Assembly: GCF_009914755.1 (NCBI RefSeq)
Contig: NC_060926.1
DNA from: the human T2T-CHM13v2.0 reference genome, Homo sapiens
Length of the DNA stretch: 64,000 nucleotides
Direction: 5' to 3' (one strand)
Below are positions 39,714 to 51,865 of this stretch, one piece after another (within the stretch, counting starts at the first letter, position 1; each line of letters begins with the position of its first letter). Both the position numbers and the translations under genes were made by a program. The notes under the pieces were generated by a model. That model saw only the letters and a list, made by a program, of their open reading frames with translations, ran no database searches and was not told the origin of the DNA.

Positions 39714-39962
39714 CTTTTTTTTTTTAACTTTAAGTTCTGGGATACATGTGCAGAACGTGCAGGTTTGTTACATAGGTATACATGTGCTATGGTGGTTTGC
39801 TGCACCCATCAACCCATCATCTAGGTTTTAAGCCCCACATGCATTAGGTATTTGTCCTAATGCTCTCCTTCCCCTTTCCCCCCACCCCCCGACAGTGTGT
39901 GATGTTCCCCTCCCTATGTCCATGTGTTCTCATTGTTCAACTCCCACTTATGAGTGAGAACA
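39714..39962 (-). mobile_element. L1PA8-like 3' end
   Basis: Poly(T) then antisense 3'UTR containing CTAGGTTTTAAGCCCCACATGCATTAGG. Confidence 0.9.
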
Positions 39963-41400
39963 AATTTTATGTCTTTTTTAAAAAAGAAAGTATCTGAGGA
40001 GCTAAAGTATCTCCTCTGAAGAATCATGGTTGTGTTCTTAATGGAGCCTGCCTCCTTACATTTTTCCACATGTAACATTTTCGATGACCAATGTCACAGT
40101 ACCAAATGGCCCAAATGATAGGAAGTAAACATGCTCCCTTTATCTTCTGCAGTTTTAACATTTGATGTCATCTTTAGCAAAAGGTAGCACTGAGTATGCA
40201 CTCCATTGTACTACTGTTATGTGGTGATTGCTTATTCTAAGAAAAGTTTATAGTAGAACAATATAAAATAGAAGCAGAGTGAGAGAGGAGAGCTCAAAAA
40301 TTCAAACCGTTGTTTCCCAGACTTGAGTCATGCTCAGACGGGTAAGAAATAATTTTTAGAAACGATCATCAAAATGAAAACATAAAATTTTTAAATTCTT
40401 CTACAATTTCCAGATCCCATAGACTTTACTTTGATAACTACTTATTTAAACTATTCCAAGTGGGCAAATCGAACCCTATCATTATCTTTATTTTTCAACC
40501 TAGAAAGAAACATCACAAGAATATCTAGGTAACCCATTTGAAAGTTAAAATATTCTTACAATTTGAAATTGTTTCCTAATTCTCATATTGCAATTTCCCT
40601 CCTTTTGATATGTCTTTGATGGCTCTTTATGGTTTTCACTTTCTAGTTAGTAAACTATGTATATATATTCTAAGATAATAATTAGGTTTCTTCAGGCTTG
40701 CCTATTCCAGGTAATAGTGTCAGATCCCATCGTCTTATTTAGGCTTCTATTCTTCTAAAAAACCATTTCTCTTCCTTTCGTTGAGACTCTCTTCCTAGTT
40801 TCTACTTCCCACCTTCCAAGTTGAAGAGCCCTAAACTAGAAGCAAGGTCTGCAGAGCAGGCAACCATCCAGGCTACTGTAATGCAGCCCTAGTGTTCTTT
40901 GCATGATCTTTATTGTGATTCTTTTAATGGCAGAAAAGTGATCCCACCAAATATTTGTGTGAAGAATCAATAAAGCTACATGAAAACAATCACTTTCTTT
41001 GTAGGTGTAAGGTTGTCCTCATGGTTGTGGGATGGTTCCTGGAGCCGTGGGTAAGCCAAGTAAGTAGGGCACTGTAGGGCCGGGCACCCAGAGCCCTGTC
41101 TCGTGCATTCTGTGCTATCCCATTTTTATTTTTCATTTGTGTAACTGACCTTTCCTGAGCAGCTTACTGCCGTGGTCTAGTTATGAGAAGATGTGTCACA
41201 GAAGTTAAAGATTGCTTGATTCACAAAAACCTGCGTGTTTTGCCTTCTTTTCTGGTATAGTTAATGACTGACAGAACAGAAAACTTTATATAATGAGGCA
41301 GCATTACTGCTTAGGAAATGTCCATCTCTTTCTGACTCATTGTGTAACGTTTTCCTGACATTTAAAAATGTCATTTCCTGTGCTCCCCTATCTTCTTCAG

Positions 41401-41611
41401 CTGTGCGTCAGCCCACCCTGCCTGTCCTCATCATGTCTGCTAATGGGTCCATGCGCCTCTGCTCCATGGACCGCATTGCTGCCCCATGTCAAGCATACAT
41501 TTTTACACACTATGAGGCCTGTCGGTCATGCTCTTCAATATCATGGGTCTCTCTGCAATCCTTTAGCAGTCTGGACCAGCCGCTGGCTTTTGCCCCACCT
41601 CCCGCTGTAAG
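41401..41611 (+). other. Candidate internal exon (211 nt) of an unidentified transcript
   Basis: Branch-like CTGAC, pyrimidine tract ...CCCCTATCTTCTTCAG| and donor AAG|GTGAGC; GC-richer than flanks; one frame is open throughout. Confidence 0.4.
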
Positions 41612-41969
41612 GTGAGCACTCCGGACAGAGGACATATTCCTGGCTCAGCTACCTAGCAGAACTTTTAACCCTTCAAACCAGCATGACTTCAACTTTGTCG
41701 CATTCTGCATTTTCAAAACTGGTTTCAGATCAGTGCCAGTGCCCCTAACAGCCAAAATAAACATTTCATTTCTGACGTTCCTGTATTATTCTCCTCCAAC
41801 GTATAGTCATTAGCATTGCTTGGTTATGTTCCATGTTCAAAGCACTGTGTGTGTGTGATCAAAACAAGTTTCAACACACGTAACATAATATGGTCTCTGC
41901 AGTTAAGTGTCAATCCAAAGTTTCCTTGGAAAAATACCCAACTTTGAAGGATCTGTGTTAAACAGTTGA

Positions 41970-42185
41970 CTTTGCTGTTAGAGTATCTGAGTTCAGATTG
42001 TGGCTCCACCACTGACTAGTTCTGTGGCTTTTGCCAAATTTCTTAGGTGCCTTCTCTGCCAGCCAGGTGCAATGAGTACCTACCTGCAGGCTATCAGGAG
42101 GATTACATGAGCTAATCATGCAAAGCTCTTAGAGTAACATTTGTCACTGAGTAAACACTCAGTGATGCGGGTTATTACCAGACAG
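41970..42185 (+). mobile_element. MIR SINE
   Basis: CTGAGTTCAGATTGTGGCTCCACCACTGACTAG...GAGGATTACATGAGCTAATCATGCAAAGCTCTTAG. Confidence 0.75.
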
Positions 42186-43244
42186 TATTTTTCTATTTAC
42201 CTCATGAAATGTTGATTTCTGCATCAGAGGAGTGGCCTATACAAGCTTATGTAGAAAAAAATATTTTTTCATCAGGGAAACAGTCTTGAAAAATGCACAT
42301 TGTCTGTTGGTTTCGTTGGTGAGCCTGTTGCTTGCTTGGAGCTGCCCTGTATTCACGGCCCTGAAGGCTGACTTCCAGCTCACCCTGCATCTGAATGAAC
42401 AGGACAGCTGTCCAGAAGTAAAGTCTGTATCAGATTCCCCTGCCAATATAGTTTTTCAAAACATAGGACAGTGGTTTTTAAAATACATGGCAAGTTTTGC
42501 TTCTCACTCTGGGCAGGGTTTCTTCTTTAAACTGAGCATTTCTCTATCAACAGCATGCTTTGCAGCTGCCATTTTTGACTCCCTATGGATCCACATCCCA
42601 TCCAGGCATAAAACCAGTGGCCAATTTCTGGCCTGGAAGGGCTGTTCTAGTGGGTGAGGGAACTGTTCTTTTAAGGGCGGCTGCCACTTGAGAGTGCAAG
42701 TTCATTGTTGGCAGCCCCAGCTGTCCTTCATTAGGGTAATGACTGCAGACTGAGGGGAAGGCTCCCTGCCAAAGGTGACTCAGTGGAGAGTCAGATGCCG
42801 CTCTCGGAGAATGCAGCTTCACAAAGGGCTGCTTAACCTGGACCCTGGCTTTCACAAGCCCAGGAGGGGAATTTTAGTTTCAAGTACTGTGATTGTTTTC
42901 ACAGGCCCATAAAAGGGATCTTTGTCAGAGCCTAATCATTATCATAACATTTGAGTGGCCACATAATTCCATTCCGTTCTACAAATAACCAATGGTGTCA
43001 ATTATGTACAGGACACGGAGCTGGGTCTTTAGGGAATTCCGAGAAACAAGACATGGTTCAAGCCCTCTAGTAGCTTACAATTTAGTAAGGAAGCTAAGAC
43101 AAGTATAATCACCAATTATCCAAACAAGTGTTCATTGGTTTTCTCTTACGTGCCTGGAAATAGGCCAGAAAAGGAAAAGCAGGTGCATAAAGCCAAGTCT
43201 CTGCCCTGGAAGAATGAAAGTAAAATAGGTACCATGGTGATTTC

Positions 43245-44325
43245 TTTTATCATTTAAGACTTTTTATTTTGAAATAATTTTAAACTTAGAGAAAAAAGTA
43301 GAAGAGTACTCTTTGTATATCTTTTACACTGATTTCCAGTTGTTAAGATTTTACCACAGTTGCTTTATCATTATTTTCCTGTAAACTATATATATATATT
43401 CTTTCCCATCTGAATCAACTGAGAGTAAGCTGAACACTTCTAAACATTTCACTGTGTATTTCCTAAAAGACAAGGACACTCTCCCACCTAATCACAGAAC
43501 AACCATCAAAATCAGTAAATTAACATTATAAACACTACTCTGTAATCCAGGACCCCACTTAAATTTTACTAAATATTCCAATAATGTCTTCAAAGTGGGA
43601 AAAAATTCCCTTTTTAAGTCATTATCCAATCCAGGATAACATATTACATTTTGTTGTCATCTTTTTGGACACTTCTTCAGTCTTTTCTTGTCTTTTGTGA
43701 CCTTGATATTATTGAAGCATATTCAACAGTTATTTTGTAGAGTGTCCCTCAATTTGAGTTTGTCTGATGCTTTCTCATGATTAGATTCAGGTTGTGTGTG
43801 TTTGACAGGAATACATATGGTAGTGTTGTATCCTTCTCAGTCTATCATGGTAGAAAGGACATGATACCAGTAAAGTCCCATCCCTGGTTATGTTAACTCT
43901 GATCACTTGGGGAAGGTGGTGTTTGCCAGCATTCTCTACTGTAGAGTTATTATTTTTTTCTTTTGTAATTCATCAGTATTTTGTGAGGAGCTACCTTGCA
44001 ATCATGTAGATATCTCATTCCATAAAACCTCTCAACTTGTTTTATCATCCTTGAAAGATTCGTGCCTGAATAAAATACTACCATGATAGCTGCCAATTTT
44101 GATTTTTCTAACTTCATCATTGCTTTGACATTCACTGGTTGACATCCTACTGAAAGGAAGTGCTTTCTCTTTTCCCTCACTTATATATTTATTCATTTAT
44201 TTATTTTTATCAACAAGATCCATGGATTTCCATTTCACTCCATGGGCTATAATCCATTATACCATCATTTATTTTCGTGCTCAAATTGTTCCATATTTGG
44301 CTAGTGGTAGCCCCTTAAAGCTGCA
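43245..44325 (-). mobile_element. L1MC4/5-like 3'UTR
   Basis: TTTTATTTTGAAATAATTTTAAACTTAGAG...TTTTGTAGAGTGTCCCTCAATTTGAGTTTGTCTGATG...GCTCAAATTGTTCCATATTTGGC. Confidence 0.8.
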
Positions 44326-44337
44326 AACAACCATCAC

Positions 44338-46694
44338 CAGAAAAGAAAAGAAGTTTAACTGGCTCATGGTTCTGTGAGCTATATAGGCTTCTGCTTCTGG
44401 GGAGGACCCAGGAAACTCACAATTATGGTGGAAGGGTAGCAAGCACATATTCACATGGTGGCAGGAGAGAGAGAGAGAGCAAAGGCGGAGGTGCTGAACA
44501 CTTCCCCACAACCAGATCTTATAAAAACTCTATCATGAGAACAGCAAGGAGGAAGTCTGCTCCTGTGATTCAGTCACCTCCCACCAGGCCCCCCCTTCAA
44601 CACTGGGGATTACAATTTGACAGGAGATTTGGGTGGGGACACAGAGGCAAACCATATTATTCTACCCCTGGCCCCTCCCAAACCTCGTGTTCTTGTCACA
44701 TTTCAAAACACAATCATACCTTCCCAACAGACCCCCAAAGTCTTAACTCATTCCATCATTAACTAAAGTCCAAGTCCAAAGTCTCATCTAAGACAAGGAA
44801 GTCCCTTCTGCCTATGAGCCTGTAAAATAAAAAACAAATTACTTAGTTACTTTTAAGATATAATGGGGCTACAGGCATTGGGTAAATGCTCCCCTTCCAA
44901 AAGGGAGAAATTGGCAAAAACAAAGGGGCTACAGGCCCCATGCAAGTCTGAAATCCAGTAGGGCAGTCATTAACTCTCAAAACTCCAAAATAATCTCCTT
45001 TGAGATTCATGTGAATCCATGTATCACATCCAGGCCACACTGATGCAAGGGGTGGGCACCCAAGGCCTTGGGCAGCTCTGCACCTGTGGCTTTGCAGGGT
45101 ACAGCCCCTGTGGCTACTTTTATGGACTGGCATTGAGTGCCTACAGCTTTTGCAGGTGCGCGGTGAAAGCTGTAGGTGGATCTACCATTTTGGGGTCTGG
45201 AGGTTTGTGGCTGTCTTCTCACAGCTCCCTAATGGGGACTCTGTGTGGGGGCTCCAACCCCACATTTCCACTCTGCATTGCCTAGAAATTCTCCATGAGG
45301 GCTCTGTCACTGCAGCAGACTTTTGCCTGGACATTCAGTCAGGATGTTTTTTCCATATGCCCTCTGAAATCTAGGCAGAGAGGCTCCCAAGCCTCAACTC
45401 TCACCCTGTGTGTACCTGCAGGCTTAACACCACATGGAAGCTGCCAAGGCTTGAGGCTTGCACCCTTTGAAGCAACAGCCTAAGCTGTACCTTGGCCCAT
45501 TTTAGCCATGGCTGGAGCTGGAGCAGCCAGGATGCAGGGTGCCATGCCCCCAAACTGCAAAGAACAGTGGGGCCCTGGGCCTGGCATATGAAGTCATTTT
45601 TCCCTCCTAGTCCTCCAGGCCTGTGATGGGAGGGGCCACCATGAAGGTCCCTGAAATGCTTTGGAGGCATTTTCTCCATTGTCTTGGCTATTAGCATTTG
45701 GCTCCTATTTATTTATGCAAATTTATGCAGCAGGCTTGAATTCCTCCCCCAAAAAGTGGATTTTTCTTTTCTACCACATAGGCTGAAAATTTTCCAAACT
45801 TTTATGCTCTGCTTCCCTTCTAAATATAAGTTCCAGTTTCAGATAATCTCTTTGTGCACACATATGAGTGTATGCTGTTAGAAACAGCCAGACCACAACT
45901 TGAACACTTTTTGCTGAGAAATTTCTTCTGCCAGATACTCTAATTCATCTCTCTCAAGTTCAAAGTTCAACAAATCCCTAGAGCAGGGGCACAATGCCAC
46001 CAGTCTCTTTGCTAAAGCATAGCAAGAGTGACCTTTACTCCAGTTCCCAATAAGTTCCTCATCTCCATCTGAGACCTCTTCAGCCTGGACTTCATTATCC
46101 ATATCACTATAGCATTTTGGTCACAACCATTCAACAAGTCTATAGGAAGTTCCAAATTTTCCTTCATCTTCCTGTTTCCTTCTAAACCCTCCAAACTGTT
46201 TCAACCTCTGTCCACTACCCAGTTCCAAAGCTGCTTCCACATTTACTGGTATCTTTATAGATACCACATTTACTAATATCTTTATAACAATGCCCCACTT
46301 CTCTGGTACCAATTTTCTATATTATTCTATTCACACACTGCTGTAAAGACATATCTGAGCCTAGGTAACTTATAAAGAAAAAAGTTTAATTGGCTCACAG
46401 TTCTGTGGGCTGTACAGGCTTCTGCTTCTGAAGAGTACTTAGGAAACTTACAATCATGGTAGAAGGTGAAGGGGAGGCAGGCACAGTCTTCATATGGTGG
46501 CAGGAGAGAGAGAGCAAAGGGGTAGAAGCTACACACTTTCAAACAATCAGATCTTGTGAGAACTCTATTATGAGAACAGCAACGGGGAAGTCCGCCCCCA
46601 TGACTCAATCACCTCCCACCAAGCCCCTCCTCTAACACTGGGCATTACAGTTCATCATGAGATTTGGGTGGGGACACAGAGCCAAACCATATTA
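44338..46694 (-). mobile_element. MSTA-type MaLR element: LTR (~44338-44659, clipped), internal region (44660-46317), LTR (46318-46694)
   Basis: Two homologous LTRs ending GGGGACACAGAG(G/C)CAAACCATATTA flank a ~1.65-kb MST/THE1-int sequence; the minus-strand ORF DNEVQAEEVSDGDEELIGNWSKGHSCYALAKRL is typical MaLR-int. Confidence 0.93.
46237..46290. repeat. 27-bp tandem duplication within MST-int
   Basis: CCACATTTACTGGTATCTTTATAGATA then CCACATTTACTAATATCTTTATAACAA. Confidence 0.85.
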
Positions 46695-47045
46695 GTGTCT
46701 TTACCCGTGAACATGAAATAATAAGATTGATGTAACAGGATTACTGTGAAGCTTAAATGAGATGATGCATGTAGGTGCCTAGAACTGCCTGCCACTCTCG
46801 AGGACCTCACTAAATGCAAGTTCTTTATAGTCCTTCCTCACAGTTAGCATCTGGCCTGGTGGTGCACACACTAACAGGGGGGTTTCTTATAAGGACACAG
46901 GACAATCTCATGAATTGGCTTCCTGCGTGTGGCTCTTGGTTTGTTCTTCCCCATAATGGAGGCCCGTCTGTGACTTCATCTTGCGATGGTGCTCACTCCA
47001 GCTCTGATATTACATGCTCTTGCACCTCAGCTCTCCAAAGTTAGC

Positions 47046-48564
47046 CGATCATTTTCACAGAAATAGGAAAACCAATCCTAAAATTTGTGTAAAACCACAA
47101 AGGTCCCTGAATAGGCAAAGAAATCTTTGGTAAAAAGAGCAAAGCTGAAGGCATCACACTACCTAACTCCAAAATGTATTACAAAACTATAGAAACCAAA
47201 ACAGCAAAACACTGGCATAAAAACAGACAAAAACCAATGAAACAGGATAGAGAGCCCAGAAATAAACCCACATGTTTATGGTCAATTGATTTTCAACAAG
47301 GCTGCCAAGAACGCACAATAGAGAAAGGACAATCTCTTTAATAAATGATGTTGGGAACATTGGATATGCATGCAGAAGAATGAAATTGAACCCTTACCTC
47401 ACATGATACACAGAAATGAACTCAAAATGAATTAAAGACTTAAATGTGACACTTGAAACTGTAAAACTACTAGAAGAAAACGTAAAGGGAATGCTCCGCA
47501 ATATTGTTCTGGGGGCAAACATTTCTTGGATGTGACCCCCAAAGCACAGGCAACAAAAGCAAAAAATAAACAAAAAGTATGTCATCAAACTGAAAAGCTT
47601 CTGCATGGCAAAAGAAGCAATAGAATGAAGAGACAACTCATGGATTGGGAGAAAATATTTGCAAGCCACATATCTGATAAGGGGCTAATATCCAAAATAT
47701 ATAAGAAACTCAAATAACTCAATTGCAAGAAAATAAAGAACCCAATTTAAAAAATGGGCAAGAGACTTAAATAGACATTTCTTAAAAAAAAAGACATGTA
47801 AATGGTCAACAGATATATGAAAAATCATCATCTTCACTAATTATCAGGGAAACACAAATTAAAACTGCAATGAGATATCACTTCATACCTGTTAGAATGG
47901 CTATTTTAGTAAAAAGATGGACAATAACTTTTATTGGCAAGGATGTGGAGGAAAGGGAACACTTGTGCACTGTTGGTGGGAATGTAAATTAGTACAGCTA
48001 TTATGGAAAAGAGTATGGAGGTTCCTCAGAAACTAAAAATAGAATTACCATATGATCCAGCAAACCCACTTCAGGATATGTATCCAAAAGAACGGACATC
48101 AGTATGTTAAGAGATACCTGCACTCCCATCATATTCATTGCAATGTTACTAGCAATAGCAAAGATATGGAATTAACCTAAGCATCCACCATCAGATGAAT
48201 GGATAAGGAAAATGTGGTATATAAACAATGGAAGATTTTTCACTCTTGAAAAAGAAGGAAATCCTGGCATTTGCGGCAATATGAATGAACCTGGAGGACA
48301 TTACGCTAAGCGAAATAAACCAGGCATAGAAAGGCAAAGACTGTGTGATCTCACTTACTTGTGGAATCTAAAAATGTTGACCCCATAGAAATAGGGAGTA
48401 GAATGGTGATTTACAGAGGCTGGGAGTTGGGGTTGGAGGGAGTAATGAGGAGATGTTCGTCAAAGGACACAAAATTTCAGTTCGACAGGAGGAATAGCTT
48501 TAATCATCTATTGCACTGAAAGGTGGCTATAATAAATAATAGTGCATTGCATATGTTTAAAAAA
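47046..48564 (+). mobile_element. L1MA-type element (ORF2 3' part plus shortened 3'UTR) inserted in an old MLT1 LTR
   Basis: Decayed ORF2 C-terminus and L1MA 3'UTR; flanking repeat AAAGTTAGC (47037-47045, 48570-48578); MLT1-like GGTCTAATCAGCTGTGGTCAG downstream. Confidence 0.88.
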
Positions 48565-48879
48565 GCACTAAAGTTAGCATAGCCAATGTTTCAGTTCTCC
48601 CATTTGAAATTTCTTGGAGGGAGAATATTTTTGTCCAGATTTAGTCAGGATTTTGTCTCTGGTCTAATCAGCTGTGGTCAGAGCTATAAACATGAGCAAG
48701 AGTAAATTGCCCTAGTCAATGGTGTGGCTGGCCAGGATAGAGCTCTCCAGTGAAAGCACTGTAATTCAAAAGGATTCATTCCAGTCTCTGTAACTAAGGA
48801 GGCCTCTCAGTAGATGAGTCTCTAGAGTAGCTAATGTTGGCCCTAAAAAAATACCACATATACATTCTTATCATCAATT

Positions 48880-49150
48880 AAGTATTATTAACTTAAAAAA
48901 ACTATGTATCATTGACTATGTGCCCACACTGTCCCAAAAGTTTTATAAATATTTACTCATTCAGTACTTATAATCAGCTGAAGAAAGGTACATGAGTGTC
49001 TTCTGCATTTTACAAATTAAGAAATTAAGGCACAGAGAGGCAGGATGATTTGTCCAAGGACAAACAGCTAGTCAGCAGCACAGCCTGGATTTGAATTCAG
49101 GTAGTTTGGCTTGCAGAGTTCATGCCTCAGACCACTCCATTATGCTGCAG
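48880..49150 (-). mobile_element. MIR SINE
   Basis: CATTTTACAAATTAAGAAATTAAGGCACAGAGAGG...GGATTTGAATTCAGG. Confidence 0.8.
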
Positions 49151-50479
49151 CTCAGAGTAAGACCCACATAACTACTACACTAGGCTGCCTCTCGGACCAG
49201 AGATGCCAGCCTATTTACTTATGACCTAATGACCTGAGGATGTTACAACATGCAACGGCTCTCTTCAGTGCTTTCAGAGATAACCTACCAGCGGCTGATG
49301 CTCATCTCCCCACTTTCTTTTATCCTTGTCCAGGTTGATGGGTGGTGGTAGAAGGTCTACTACAGGATTTATATTACCTTGAAAGGGTTACATGTGCTAA
49401 TGGTTTGGTTTTGAATTCATGTTTTTAAAGTCTTTTCACCTCAGTAACATTTTTCCATTTTCTAAGAACACTTTAAATTCTATTTCTATTACTTGAACAT
49501 CAGGCACAATTATGCCATTTTGAGTTTCTTCTTTGCAATTAATGCAATCATATGATGCATCACTAATGCCAACCAGGAATCTTATCACAAAATAGTATAA
49601 ATTATCATATTTCTATATACATTTGCAAATGTCTTATCAACATTCCAATCCTGTATACATTTTTATTAAAAAACACTCTGTTGGATTTCTGGAACTGTTA
49701 CTATCAGCTGAACTAGATCAGTTTACATGACTGCCTGTCTCACAAAGGAAAACTCTGATTGAAACTGGCAACTTAAATCAAGCCACCCAGGATTTATTAT
49801 CCAATCAAAGAAGCAATTTCAGGTGCCAGTATTGTTCTTAGGACCGCAAGACTGTTTTATAATATAGATACATAGATAAATGTAGATATAGGTTTTCTAC
49901 ATGGATATATAGAGATATATAGAGTGTAATATCTATAAGACATTTTCTCATAGAGATGGTATTATATACCAATACATAGATGTATATAATGAACAATTTT
50001 TATATATAAAATTCTGGTACAAAGTAATAAGAATATTGGGTTAATTCTTTAGATAATGATCTGGAAAAGGCATTGGTCAAAAGTTGCCCAGGTATGTCAG
50101 ATAATTGGTTGTGCTTTGGTTTGATTTCTATAAAAATGGGTGTATCGTCATAAAGTTTGTTCCAAAGGATCAATGTGATTTTAACTTCGGTAAGTCACAA
50201 GTCCTCTGCTTCACATCTTCTGTCTGTTAAATAAGTATAAAAATACTTCCTTATACACAAGTTGTTGAGAAAGTGACACAAAAATAGAGGCTCTCCTGAT
50301 TCTTACCTGAAAAGACAAGAAGATATTAGCATTGCTGGAGCTATGGCTATTGCACACATTGCTATGGTCAGTATGGGAGAACTTGAAGGAATGATCACAT
50401 ATAAAGTCACGTGCATATTTGAGTTTAAGATCTACAATTTATATATTAACTTAGAAGCAAAAACTATAGCTATCTTTTT

Positions 50480-51865
50480 AAAAAGTCTGCTTTATTGTGG
50501 TACATTAACTTGTAATAAAATTAACCAATATTGAGTATGAAATTTGGTGAGTTTCAACAAATATACAGAGAGGGTCATGTAACCACCACTGCAATCGTAA
50601 TATAGGTATTTTCATCATCTCCACCATTTTCTTCCATTTTCTTTGTAATCTGTCCCCTTCTCTCCCCACTGGTTCCTGGAAGCCACTGATCTGCCTTCTA
50701 ACTTACAGCTTTGGCTTTTCTAGGATCTTTAAATAAATGGAATCATACTGTGTGCAGTATTTTGGGTCTGCTTCTTTCACTAAGGATAATACTTTTGAGA
50801 TTCATCAACAATGGTGGGTTTATCAGTAGTCTATGCTTTTTCATTACTGAGTACTATTCCATTGTATGCATATACTATAATTTGTGCATTTACCAATTGA
50901 TAGACATCTTGGTTCTTTCCAGCTATTATGAGTAAAGATGGTATGAACATTTAAATACAAATCTTACATGGCTATATGTTTTCATTTCTCTTGGATAAAT
51001 GTATAAGGGGGAATTGCTGAGTCATATAGTAAGTACATGTTTAACTTTAAAAGAAATTCCAAATCTATTCCAAAGTGGCTATACTGTATTAGATTGCCAT
51101 CAGCAATGGATGAGAGCTCCAGTTACTCCCTATCCTTGTCAACACATAGTACTGTCAATCTTTTAAAAATGTCAGTCATTCCTGTGGGTATATAGTGGAA
51201 ACTTTATGTGGTTTTAGTTTGGATTTCCCTAATAACTAATGATAATGAGCATCTTTTCATGTGCATATTTGCCATTTGTGTGCTTTTTTTGGTAAAGTAT
51301 TTATTCATATCTTTTGCCTATTAGAAAAAAGTTTATCTTCATATTGTTGAGTTGGAAGAGTTCTTTACGTATCCTGGATACGTCCTTTGTCAGATTTATG
51401 TTTTACAAACATTTTCTCCCAGCCTGAGGCTTGTCTTTTTATTTTCTTAACAGAATTTTTTAAAGTGCAGAAAGTCCAATTAATACTTTTGTATTTTGTA
51501 GTTTGTGCTCTCTGTATCCTACTTAAAGCACATCTTTGTCAATCCCAAGATTGCTAATATTTTCTTCTATATTTTCATCAGAAAATTTTTATTTCTAGCC
51601 CTCAAATTTAGGTCCATGATACATTTCAATGAATTATTTTATATGTTATGAGGTGATGGCTCAGGGTCTTTTTACACACATAGATATGCAATTTTTAAAT
51701 TGTTGGATATATTTAAACAATTTTTAAATTGTTGGATAATTGTTGGAAATATTATCCTCTTCCCCATTGAATTACCTTGGAATCTTTGTTGAAAAGCAGT
51801 TGACCACATATATGTGAGTTTATTTTTAGATTCTCTGCTATGCCTCATTTATTTGTCAACAAGAT
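50480..51865 (-). mobile_element. Old L1M (MB-ME class) 3' portion
   Basis: Antisense 3'UTR then ORF2 C-terminal-like sequence (GAGCATCTTTTCATGTGCATATTTGCCATTTG). Confidence 0.85.
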
